In this document: piece after piece, positions 1-8,833 of the stretch | Layout of the letters: every line of letters starts with the position of its first letter | Numbering within the stretch: the first letter of the stretch is position 1 | Assembly (NCBI GenBank): GCA_963778655.1 | Contig: CAVZVA010000003.1 | Span: 256,001-320,000 of the forward strand | DNA length: 64,000 bases | Direction of reading: 5' to 3' | DNA from: an uncultured delta proteobacterium | GTDB lineage: Bacteria; Myxococcota_A; Polyangia; Polyangiales; JAFGIB01 | Translations under genes and position numbers: made by a program | Notes under the pieces: model-generated | What the model was told of the DNA's origin: nothing | Database searches by the model: none | The model's input: the letters and a program-made list of their open reading frames with translations, nothing else

Positions 1-183
1 CCGTTTTCGATGATCGCCTGGATGGGCACGCCCGAGCACCGTGCGGGGCTTGCATTCACGCGCCAATGGTTGGAGACCGAGGAGTTGATCGAGCCGAGCG
101 TGTATCCGATCGAACGCGTCGCGGAGGTGGAGCGCGCGATGGAGCAAGGCGAAACAATCGGCAAGGTGGTATTCGAGATCTGA
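1..183 (+). CDS. C-terminal end of a probable zinc-binding dehydrogenase / quinone oxidoreductase (MDR family), partial at window edge
   Basis: Frame 1 reads ...SVYPIERVAEVERAMEQGETIGKVVFEI*, resembling the typical MDR C-terminus (GKVV); stop at 181-183. Confidence 0.6.
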   Translation, partial: PFSMIAWMGTPEHRAGLAFTRQWLETEELIEPSVYPIERVAEVERAMEQGETIGKVVFEI

Positions 184-200
184 CGCGAGAGGAGCCTGCG

Positions 201-992
201 ATGCGCTTGGTCGATCTGACGCGAACCCTCGACTCGCACGACTACGAGAAGCTGCCGGCCTACGCCCGGATGTCGGCGTCGGTGCTGGTGCCCAAGGTGG
301 AGTACTACGCGCCCGGCGAGCGCGGCGCGGAGATCATGTGCCAGATCTTCGGCTGCGAACGCCACCAGCTGCCGGCTGGAGAAGGCTGGGGCGAGGAGCG
401 GCTCGCGTTCAACTCGCACATCGGCACGCACGTCGATGCGCCGCTGCACTACGGCTCGACCTGCGAGGGCAAGCCCGCGCGCACGATCGAGGCGATCGCT
501 CTGGAAGAGCTGTACTGCGACGGGCTGGTGCTCGACATGCGCGGGCGCGCGCAGCCGGGCGAGGGCTACAGCGTGGAGGCGCTGCGCGGAGCGCTCACGC
601 AGAACGGCGGGCGGCTGACTCCCGGCTGCGCGCTGCTGCTGCGCACCGGACAGGAGCAGTACACGCTGGATGACGCGCGCTGGTACGCCTATCCGGGCAT
701 GACGCGCGAGGGCACGCTGTTTCTGGCCGGGCTCGGCGCCAAGGTGCTCGGCACCGACGCGGTGGGCTGGGACCGCCCGTTCATGGTCATGCGCGAGGCG
801 TTCGCGCAGAGCGGCGACCCGGCGCAGATCTGGGACGGCCACTTCGCCGGCCGCGAGCGCGAGGTCTTCATCGTGCAGCAGCTGGCGAACCTCGGGAGCT
901 TGCCCGCACACGGCTTCAAGGTGGGCTTCTTCCCGCTCAAGCTGGCGCACTGCAGCGCCGCGCCCGCGCGCGCCGTGGCGTTCGTGGACTGA
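201..992 (+). CDS. Cyclase family (kynurenine formamidase-like) metal-dependent hydrolase
   Basis: HIGTHVDAPLH signature, GTDAVG, C-terminal FPLKL...APARAVA; GGAG RBS before ATG 201. Confidence 0.9.
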   Translation: MRLVDLTRTLDSHDYEKLPAYARMSASVLVPKVEYYAPGERGAEIMCQIFGCERHQLPAGEGWGEERLAFNSHIGTHVDAPLHYGSTCEGKPARTIEAIALEELYCDGLVLDMRGRAQPGEGYSVEALRGALTQNGGRLTPGCALLLRTGQEQYTLDDARWYAYPGMTREGTLFLAGLGAKVLGTDAVGWDRPFMVMREAFAQSGDPAQIWDGHFAGREREVFIVQQLANLGSLPAHGFKVGFFPLKLAHCSAAPARAVAFVD

Positions 993-1097
993 GCGCGAGC
1001 CTGCGCAGCCGGGTGCGAGCCGCGCCGTGCCGCGCGGCCGGACCGGCCGGACGAACGCGCCCCGGGGCAGGTTGACCTGCGCCCCGACGCGCACACC

Positions 1098-1445
1098 ATG
1101 ATCATGGCGGGCCATGCGCGCCAGAAGTTCGTCTGCTACCCGATCAGCCACCGCGCAAGTCGGCCCGGCCTGCAGCGCATCAACTTCGTGGCCGAGCTGC
1201 GCTTCGACACCACCGTGCTCGAGGAGCGCGAGGACTGGAACAAGCGCGGCAAGCTGGAGGACTTCCTGCCGCGCTTCGAGAGCTGGGGCTTCGACTGGCT
1301 CGACGTGCCGGCGCTGATCCGCGCCGCGCCCGAGACCTTCGTGTATCCGATGGTCGATCGGGAACCGCTTCCGCGCTGGACCTTCGGCCCGGTGACGCTG
1401 CTCGGCGACGCAGCGCACCCGATGTACCCGATCGGCAGCAACTCG
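1098..1445 (+). pseudogene. Internal fragment of a flavin-dependent monooxygenase/oxidoreductase
   Basis: DREPLPRWTFGPVTLLGDAAHPMYPIGSN FAD motif; no N-terminal GxGxxG, and similarity stops right after GSN. Confidence 0.75.
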
Positions 1446-1496
1446 AGATCTACCGCGTGCCGTGAGGCCGGGCGCGGGCGGTGGCGCAGCGACGCG

Positions 1497-2816
1497 TCAG
1501 CCCGGGTCGAGCAGCTGGCCGAGAAACAGGATCTGTCCGCTGGGCTGATCGTAGATGGCGAAGATGAAGGGCCGGTCGAAGGTGATGCTGGCCGGTGACG
1601 GGATGCCCGTCGTCCCGGCGATGACCGCGGTCGCGGCCGCGGCCTCGGTGCCCTGTTCGTCCACGGCCACGAAGGCCTTGTGGAACACGGCCGTGATGAG
1701 CAGATCCTTGGCGCCGTCGATGCCGGAAAAGTCGGCGTCCGCAGCACTGAACGCCGCCTGCATGCCGAGGCTCATCAGGGCCGGGCTCAGCTCCTGGTCC
1801 CAGGTGAAGCTCCATTTGGGCAAGCTCAAGGTGACCAGGTGGTGGGACAGCCCGTTGCGCACTGCGTCGAAGAAGCTCGTATCCAGACCCTGCGAGACCG
1901 CATCGAATTGGCCGTCGGCGGGTAGCACGAGCAGCATCATGACGTCGGGGGACAGGTAGGGCAGCGCGACCGCCTGGTAGTCCACGCCCTCCCCGTACGC
2001 CAGTTCCTGGACCGCGTGCATCATGCGCACGCTGCGCGCGCCGCCTGGCGCCTGGAAGCTCCCGGCGTCTGTCTTGGCCGGGTCGAACTTGGTCTTCCAG
2101 CTTGCCTTGAAGTAGATCGCGTTGGTGAGCACCAGCTTGGTCAGTGGATCGAGCGGAGGCGGGATCAGGTCCTGAATGCGGTCGTGGGTCTGCTGCGCGA
2201 CCCAGTCGTTGATCAGCTTGCGCGCGGGCTCGGGCTGCCCGAAGTCGACCAGGAACAACCCGGCGCCGTAGTTGACCGCGAGCACGTCGAGGTAGCCGCC
2301 TAGGAAGTCGAAGCCCTTCTGGCCCCAGGCCTGGTTCACCACCTGCAGGCTGAAGCCATCGCCCTCCACCGGCTCGGAGCTCGGGACGAGCTGATCCTTG
2401 CGCATGGCCAGCTGCTGATCGACTGCGTTGAAGGCCGCGTGCAGCGCGCTCTGCGGCAGGCTGTAGTGCAGCGCGCTCTGCATCTCCGACTCGGTCGTTC
2501 CGCGCGCGCCCGCGTAGGTCATCGCCAGCGCGGTCCAGATGCTGTAGGGCGAGAAGAACAGGTTGTCTTTGTCCTTCGCGAGCTTCGCATACAATTCGAG
2601 CGCGAACGCGCGGCTGTCCCGGCCAAAGGTCTCGGCGTCACCCGAGCTGACCACCGGATGCTGCTCGCGGGGCCGGCTCGACTTCGCCAGCTCGGCGCCT
2701 TGCGGCACCGCCGACGTGGCCGGGCTGCCGGCGCCGCTGCCCGAGCACGCGCTCGCCAGCAGCCACCCAATCGCGACCGCCGTGCTCGGCGCCCATCCGC
2801 ATTGCCGTTCCCGCAT
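1497..2816 (-). CDS. Serpin (serine protease inhibitor), lipoprotein
   Basis: NLFFSPYSI, LVLTNAIYFKASW, hinge VDEQGTEAAAAT, FDRPFIFAI; lipobox LASAC. Confidence 0.95.
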   Translation of the reverse strand: MRERQCGWAPSTAVAIGWLLASACSGSGAGSPATSAVPQGAELAKSSRPREQHPVVSSGDAETFGRDSRAFALELYAKLAKDKDNLFFSPYSIWTALAMTYAGARGTTESEMQSALHYSLPQSALHAAFNAVDQQLAMRKDQLVPSSEPVEGDGFSLQVVNQAWGQKGFDFLGGYLDVLAVNYGAGLFLVDFGQPEPARKLINDWVAQQTHDRIQDLIPPPLDPLTKLVLTNAIYFKASWKTKFDPAKTDAGSFQAPGGARSVRMMHAVQELAYGEGVDYQAVALPYLSPDVMMLLVLPADGQFDAVSQGLDTSFFDAVRNGLSHHLVTLSLPKWSFTWDQELSPALMSLGMQAAFSAADADFSGIDGAKDLLITAVFHKAFVAVDEQGTEAAAATAVIAGTTGIPSPASITFDRPFIFAIYDQPSGQILFLGQLLDPG

Positions 2817-2908
2817 GACCCGCTCCTTTGGCAGCACACCGCGGGATACGTACGCACGCGGCCGAGCGGCGGTAGCGCCCTCAGCGGCGAGCACCACCTG
2901 CGCCGCGC

Positions 2909-4291
2909 TCAGCTCCCCGTCGAGCGCACCACCAGCGCCCCGTAGAAGGGCAGCGCGATCTCGCTGCTGGTCGTGGTTTGCACCTCGCCGTCGGGTGGCG
3001 CTCCCAGGTCCGGACCGGACAGCGGGTCGTAGCAATTGACCACAGGGTCGCGGTCGAGCCAATCCGTGAACTGCGGGTCGACGAACGCGCCGAGCTTGGC
3101 CTTGAGATCGAGGCTGGCTGCACCCGCGTCGCTCGCTCCGCCTTCGTCCGCGCCCTCGTTGCCCGCCTCGCTCGCGGCCTGGGCCAAGAAATCCCACGGC
3201 AGCACGCAGGTGTGCTGGGCCGGCATGGCGGGGGCGACGTCGCCGAGCGTCGCGCGCACGCTGACGCACCCGCCCGAGGGCCTGCCCACCACCACCTGCA
3301 CGCCCGGTCGCGCCGCGAAGCGTGCCGCGACCGTCACCGCGCCGGTCGACGCAGGCGCGCACACCTGCAGCGCAGGCGGCGCGGTGGCGTCGGCCTCGAG
3401 CATCGCCCACGCCTCGAGCCGATCGGCCGAGCGATACGGATCGGGGCCGGCATCCTGGATCCGCAGCAGCGCACTGAACAGCGCTTGAGGAAACGGTCCG
3501 CCCGCGGGATCGGTCAGCCGGCTCGTGTCGTCGAACGCCAGCGCCTTGGCCAGGTCGGGATGATAGAGCTGAGTCTCGCGATACGGGTTGTAGAACAGGT
3601 GCACCACGGTCGCGTCCGACGCGGTGTGCGCCACCGCCATGAACGTGATCGGGTGCAGCTCGGTCTGAAACGCCAGGTGGCCGCAGTCGACCACGAAGTG
3701 ACCCATGATCACCACGCGGTCGCCGGTCTGAGGAACGAAGCCGTCTTGCAGATCCTCGAGCGCGTGGTCGCGCATGTCGCGCCAGTCTTGCTCGTCCACG
3801 CCCGGCTGCGCCACCCGGTGCGGCAGCTGGCCGGCGGCGAGCTCGACGTGCACCGTGTCGATGATCGCGCCGTAGGCCTGGCCCACGCCGCGATAGGCCT
3901 CGTCGAGCTCCACGTCGGCGGTGAAGTCCGAGCCCAGGGTGTGGTCGTAGGGAAAGTCGCCGGCACCGAGCGCGCTGTGCATGATAGTGCCGGCGATCAA
4001 CACCTCGCTCGGCGCGGGCTTCACGTCTGCAAGCCGCTTGGGCACCTTGTAATCGAGCGGATTGCTGGCATTGGCCAGCTCCACCAGGAAGCGGCGATCA
4101 TCGGCACCGCACACGCTCTTGACGTCCACCACCGGCAGCTCGCCGTTGAGGGACGCCGCCTCCTGTTCGTCGACCTCGAGCGAGCGCGGGGAGACGCCGG
4201 CCGCCGCGTCCGGCTTCGGGCTGCCGCCGCGGTGCGAGCAGCCCGCGACCAGGGCGGTCGCGACTAGGCCGATGACGCCGAGGGTGCGCAT
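2909..4291 (-). CDS. Hypothetical lipoprotein
   Basis: Lipobox LVAGC; globular composition; motif GDRVVIMGHFVVDCGHLAFQTELHP. Confidence 0.75.
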   Translation of the reverse strand: MRTLGVIGLVATALVAGCSHRGGSPKPDAAAGVSPRSLEVDEQEAASLNGELPVVDVKSVCGADDRRFLVELANASNPLDYKVPKRLADVKPAPSEVLIAGTIMHSALGAGDFPYDHTLGSDFTADVELDEAYRGVGQAYGAIIDTVHVELAAGQLPHRVAQPGVDEQDWRDMRDHALEDLQDGFVPQTGDRVVIMGHFVVDCGHLAFQTELHPITFMAVAHTASDATVVHLFYNPYRETQLYHPDLAKALAFDDTSRLTDPAGGPFPQALFSALLRIQDAGPDPYRSADRLEAWAMLEADATAPPALQVCAPASTGAVTVAARFAARPGVQVVVGRPSGGCVSVRATLGDVAPAMPAQHTCVLPWDFLAQAASEAGNEGADEGGASDAGAASLDLKAKLGAFVDPQFTDWLDRDPVVNCYDPLSGPDLGAPPDGEVQTTTSSEIALPFYGALVVRSTGS

Positions 4292-4639
4292 GAGAGCCCG
4301 ATCTCGGTCGCAACGCTGCATCGGCCCGCGCGCGATAGCAAGCCCTCACCACTGCTGGTACGCCACGCGCTCGCCCTTGGGGTCCGGCTCGCGCTTGAGG
4401 TCGATCGCGTGGGTCGGGCAGAGCTTGGCCGACGACCGATCCGGGCCCGCAGGGCAGCACTGCGGCGCGCGCCGCAAGCGCAGGCGGAACCGTCGTGCAC
4501 CCGTGGTTTTGATGCGACGACTGCTCCGGTGACCGACGTGGTCTCCTTCCTGGTGGTGGTGTTGCGCACGCCGGACTGGGAGCGCATGGCGGCGGGCCTA
4601 GGCCCGCCGGGCTGAGCGGCGCAGCGGTCTCGCGCTGGC

Positions 4640-5926
4640 TCAGGGCAGCGCTTCGGGCATGGCGCGGCGGTTGTTGTCGCCCAGACCGAGCTGGCCGTGG
4701 TTGTTCTCGCCCCAGGCGTAGAGCGCGCCGCCCTCGTCGAGCGCGACGGTGAAGAAGCGCCCGAGCGCGAGGCGCTGCCAGCGCGCAGGGCTCGCCACCA
4801 GTGTTGGCGTGGACACCGGGTCGCCGCCGCCCTGTCCCAGCTGTCCCTCGATCGCGCGACCCCAACAGAACAAGCGCCCGTCGCGCTTGAGCGCGCAGGT
4901 GTGGAACCAGCCGGTGGCCACGCTCTGCCAGTCGTTGTCGCCGCCCACCTGCAGCGGCTGGGCCGAGTCCGTGGTCGCCGCGTCCGCGGCCAGCTCGAAG
5001 AACGCGTTGCTGCCCCAGCAATACAAGCTGCCGGCGCGCACCCCGCAGCTGGTGTGCTGGCTGCCGGCGACCATGTCCCAGTCGCTGCTCGTCCCCACCT
5101 GGGTGGGCACTCGCACCTGCTCGGGCTGCGGCCCGATGCCGAGCTCGTGATCGGTGTTGCGTCCCCAGCAGAACAACGCGCCGTCGTCGCGCACCGCGCA
5201 GGCGTGTCCCTGGCCCATGCCCACAGCGCGGTACAGCGCCTGGCCCACGCGCGTGGGCTGCGTCACGTCGGGCGCGCCCGCGCTATCGTCCAGCCCGACC
5301 TTGCCCTCGAGGTTGTCGCCCCAGCACCACAACGCGCCGCCCGCCTGCAGCGCACAGCAACTGCCGCCGCCGCACGCCAGCTGCTCGAAGCGCGACCCCG
5401 CGTCGAGCGCGCTGGGCGTGCTGCGCGCGTCGAAGTCGCCGAGCCCGAGCTGGCCGGTATCGTTGCCGCCCCAGCAGTACAGCTCGCCGGGCGCGCGCAG
5501 GGCGCAGCTGTGTTGCTCGCCCACGGCGACCGAAAGCCAGTCGTCGAGCGCGCCCACGCGGGCCGGACGCGTGCGATCGGCGAGATCGCCGAGCCCGAGC
5601 TGCCCGCTGTCGTTGAGGCCCCAGCAGAACAAGCGACCGTCCCTGACCTCGCAGCTGTGATCGAGCGAGGCAGCGAGCGAGGTCACGCCGGCCGTGGCCA
5701 CGCAGCGATCGACCGCGCACAGCTGGCCGGCGGCGCACTCGCTGCACGTCGGCGCCGGCTCGCCGGCGTCGGGGAGCGGGCCGGCGTCGGCGCGCCCCGA
5801 GTCGGCGGCCGCATCGCGCGCGGCGGCGGCCGGACGCACGCTCAGCACGTCGATGGTCTGCGCGCAGCCCGCACACAGCGCCGCCAGCAACGCGCAGCCG
5901 AGCGCGCAGCGCAGGTGCCGGCTCAA
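4640..5926 (-). CDS. RCC1-repeat (beta-propeller) lipoprotein
   Basis: Repeated G.L.CWG.N..GQLG and G..H.CA motifs; lipobox CAGC; inferred TTG start overlaps the upstream stop. Confidence 0.9.
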   Translation of the reverse strand: MSRHLRCALGCALLAALCAGCAQTIDVLSVRPAAAARDAAADSGRADAGPLPDAGEPAPTCSECAAGQLCAVDRCVATAGVTSLAASLDHSCEVRDGRLFCWGLNDSGQLGLGDLADRTRPARVGALDDWLSVAVGEQHSCALRAPGELYCWGGNDTGQLGLGDFDARSTPSALDAGSRFEQLACGGGSCCALQAGGALWCWGDNLEGKVGLDDSAGAPDVTQPTRVGQALYRAVGMGQGHACAVRDDGALFCWGRNTDHELGIGPQPEQVRVPTQVGTSSDWDMVAGSQHTSCGVRAGSLYCWGSNAFFELAADAATTDSAQPLQVGGDNDWQSVATGWFHTCALKRDGRLFCWGRAIEGQLGQGGGDPVSTPTLVASPARWQRLALGRFFTVALDEGGALYAWGENNHGQLGLGDNNRRAMPEALP

Positions 5927-7038
5927 AACCGCACCTCCGCGCCCAAGCCGGCGTGGCCTTGCACGCCCGTGGTCGCCGTGACTGCGCGGCCCGCGTCGGC
6001 GGCGCGCACCGCGCGCAGCGGCAGCCCCAGCTCGAGCGTGAGGCGCAGCGCGACGCGTGCGCCGAGCGCAAGCAGCCCGCTCAGGCCGGCGCGCGCGTGC
6101 AGGTCGAGGCCCGCGCCCGAGCCGCCCGTCGCCGCGCCCTGGCGCGCGCGGCCCTGCACGCGCACGCTGGAGAGCGCGAGCCCGAGCCGCCCCCACAACC
6201 CCAGCGCCTGCTCGCGCGGCAGCAGCGCGAATAGCAGGGCCAACGCGCCGCCCAGTGCGCGCGTGTCGACCGTGCCGTGCGGCGCGTCGCGACGCAGCCC
6301 TTCGCGCAGGCCGAGCCCCAGCTCGAGCCCCAGCCGCTCGCCCAGCCACTGCTCCAGATACAAATCGCCGCCGAGCAAGCTCGCGCCGCCGCCGTGCTGC
6401 TCGAACGCCGCGCCCACGCCGAGCGCCCGCTCGAGTGAGCCGACGCGCGCGGGCGACAGAGAGCTGCGCACCGCGCGCGTGACCACCTCGGGCGCGGGCC
6501 GGGCGGGCCGCGGCGCGTCTTGCAGCGCGAGCTCGGTCCAGCTCGCGCGCAGCAGCTCGTCGCTGGCCGCGGCGATCGCGAGCGCGCGCGCATCGGGGGC
6601 GAGCGCGCGCAGGTCGAGCTCGCGCGAGAGGCGTTTTTCGGTGAGCGCGTCGTGCACCTCGATCGCGACCGAGATGCGATCGCGCTCGGCCGCGCGCAAG
6701 GTGAGCTGTGCCAGCGCGCTCTTTGCGCCGCTTGCGTCCTGCTCGCAGGCGTCGATGCCCTTGAGGCGGAGGCCGGCGCGCAGATCGGCGAGCACGGCCT
6801 GCCGCAACGCCGCATCCCAGGCTTCGCCGGCGAAGGCTACCGCGACCCACGCCTGCTCCGAGCCGGTGCAGGGCGCCTGCGCGCGCGCGCCCGAGCCGGC
6901 CGCGAGCACGAGCCCGCACGCAAGCGCCGCGGGGCCGCGCCATCTGCGGCGAGCACGCGCGCCCGAGCCGGCGCGTGCGGCCCCCCACCCCGGCCGCCGC
7001 GCGCGCTCATCGGCAGCGCGCGGCGAGTGCCTTGGCAT
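5923..7038 (-). CDS. Hypothetical exported protein with C-terminal beta-strand-rich (outer-membrane barrel-like) region
   Basis: Signal-like segment, alternating hydrophobic strands, terminal Phe (GAEVRF); overlaps both neighbours. Start uncertain. Confidence 0.6.
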   Translation of the reverse strand: MPRHSPRAADERARRPGWGAARAGSGARARRRWRGPAALACGLVLAAGSGARAQAPCTGSEQAWVAVAFAGEAWDAALRQAVLADLRAGLRLKGIDACEQDASGAKSALAQLTLRAAERDRISVAIEVHDALTEKRLSRELDLRALAPDARALAIAAASDELLRASWTELALQDAPRPARPAPEVVTRAVRSSLSPARVGSLERALGVGAAFEQHGGGASLLGGDLYLEQWLGERLGLELGLGLREGLRRDAPHGTVDTRALGGALALLFALLPREQALGLWGRLGLALSSVRVQGRARQGAATGGSGAGLDLHARAGLSGLLALGARVALRLTLELGLPLRAVRAADAGRAVTATTGVQGHAGLGAEVRF

Positions 7039-8137
7039 GCACTCCCCGCGGATAGCGCTCGAGGTAGCGGTCGCGCGCGCTGCGACAGGCCTCTTGGCGA
7101 CCAAGCGCATCGTCGGCGACCACGATACGCGCCAGCGCGTCCTCGTGGAAGCTCGACTCGGCGCCGATCGCGACCGCCCGCTGCAGCGCTTCGATTGCGC
7201 CCGCGGGGTCGCCGAGCGCGTCCATGCGGATGCGTCCGAGCTCGAACGCGCACAGCCCCGCGCGCGGGTCACGCGGATAGCGCGCCAGCAGCTCGGCGTA
7301 GCCGTCGGCGGCCTCCTGCATGCGGCCGGCCCGCCGCGCCAGGCTCGCACGCCTAAACAGCCCGGCCGCGCCGTGCCCTGGGCTCGCCGGCGCCTGCGCG
7401 CCGTGGGCCGGAGCCAATGGCTGCGGCGCGCCCTCGGGCTCGGGACGCTCGGCTGGCTCGTCCTCGTCGTCGGGCTGCTCGGCGAGCGCCGGCTGCGGCG
7501 CGTGCGCGGGCGCGCGCGGGGGCAGGGTGACGCTCCAGCTTTCGCCCGCGTGCAGCGAACGCACCTGACCGGCCGCCTGCGGCTGATCGCGGCGCCGCAC
7601 CTCGACCACGCCTTCGCTCACCGCCACGCGCACCTGCTCGCCCTCGGAGCCCTGGCTGCGCTGCAACGAGAAGCGCGTGCCGACCACGCGCACCTGCACC
7701 GGCCCCGCTTCGACCTCGAAGGGCCGCGTGCGATCGTGGGTGACGTGGAAGCGCGCCACGCCCTGGCGCAGGTCGAGCTGGACCCGGCGCGCGTCGTTGT
7801 GCAGCAGGAGCACGCGGGTGTGGGGCTGCAGCTCCACGCGCGAGCCGTCGCCGAGCTGCATCGCGATCGGCTGCTGCGCGCTACCCAGCAGCGCGCCGGC
7901 CGGAAGCACCGCGGGCGCAGGCGCCGGCCCGGGCCAGAGCCGCGAGATCCCCAGCCACAACAACGCTGCAGCGAGCGCGCCGCCCGCGAGCAGCGCCGGC
8001 ACGCGCAGCCGCACGCCGCGGCGCGCGGAGAGCTGCGGCAGACCCGCCTGCTCGATCGCCGCCCACTGGCGCTCGATGCGCGCATCGCTGGTATCGATCA
8101 GCACGTGATCGGCGGGGCGGCGCAGCCGCGTCGTCAT
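7007..8137 (-). CDS. FecR-domain anti-sigma factor with C-terminal TPR
   Basis: TM helix, LGDGSRVEL, PFEVEAGPVQVRVVGTRF, VAVSEGVVEV; TPR-like YLERYPRG end; overlaps the sigma stop. Confidence 0.9.
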   Translation of the reverse strand: MTTRLRRPADHVLIDTSDARIERQWAAIEQAGLPQLSARRGVRLRVPALLAGGALAAALLWLGISRLWPGPAPAPAVLPAGALLGSAQQPIAMQLGDGSRVELQPHTRVLLLHNDARRVQLDLRQGVARFHVTHDRTRPFEVEAGPVQVRVVGTRFSLQRSQGSEGEQVRVAVSEGVVEVRRRDQPQAAGQVRSLHAGESWSVTLPPRAPAHAPQPALAEQPDDEDEPAERPEPEGAPQPLAPAHGAQAPASPGHGAAGLFRRASLARRAGRMQEAADGYAELLARYPRDPRAGLCAFELGRIRMDALGDPAGAIEALQRAVAIGAESSFHEDALARIVVADDALGRQEACRSARDRYLERYPRGVHAKALAARCR

Positions 8138-8766
8138 GGCCCCCCCTCGCGCTCGCCGAACGCGGACAGCACGCGCTCGGCGGCCGACAGCCGGCGCTTG
8201 ACGGTGGAGACCGAGATACCCATGTGCGAGGCAACCTGGGGCAGCGACAAGCCGTCGACGCGGTGCAACACCAGCGCGATCTGGGCCTGCGGCTCGAGCT
8301 GCTGCAGGTGGCGATAGACGCGGGTGAGCTCGGCCGCGAGCGCGGGCGGCGCCGAGGGTGAGAGCACCTGGTCGAGGTCGACCGGCGCGTTGCGACGCAG
8401 GCCCACGCGCACCATCAAGCGCCGGCGGCGCAGCAGCTTGTGCGCAGTGCGCACCACGATCGAGCACAGCCACGAGGCGAAGGCCTGCGGATTGTCGAGC
8501 CGGTCCAGCGCGCGCAGCGCCGACACAAAGCTGTCCTGGACCAGGTCGTCCACGTCCTCGTCGCTGCCCATCAGGCGAAACGCCAGGCCGTTGACCAGCC
8601 GAGCGTGGCGGCGAAACAGCGCCTCCTGCGCCCACTTCTCGCCGGCCCGCGCCGCGACCACCAGCGCCGCATCGGAGGGTCCGGCTTCGGACTGGGTCGG
8701 ATTGGGCGAGCGCTGCACCGCGGAATACGTACCACGGGCCCGATCGCCCGGCTCAGACGCGCGCAA
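8134..8766 (-). CDS. ECF RNA polymerase sigma factor
   Basis: Region 2 DDLVQDSFV...FASWL; region 4 GLSLPQVASHMGISVSTVKRRL. Start may be slightly downstream. Confidence 0.93.
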   Translation of the reverse strand: MRASEPGDRARGTYSAVQRSPNPTQSEAGPSDAALVVAARAGEKWAQEALFRRHARLVNGLAFRLMGSDEDVDDLVQDSFVSALRALDRLDNPQAFASWLCSIVVRTAHKLLRRRRLMVRVGLRRNAPVDLDQVLSPSAPPALAAELTRVYRHLQQLEPQAQIALVLHRVDGLSLPQVASHMGISVSTVKRRLSAAERVLSAFGEREGGP

Positions 8767-8833
8767 AATTGCGGCTTTCTCGGCCGCACCGGCCGCGTCG
8801 GCCCGGCGTCCTGGAGCGGGGACAAGCGCGCGG

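Noticed and set aside
4697..8317. 1206-aa plus-strand ORF, and other long antisense ORFs such as 15340-17487, 17575-19191 and 12477-13697
   Set aside because: They are shadows of well-supported genes on the opposite strand in high-GC DNA, with low-complexity Arg/Ala/Pro composition and no motifs.
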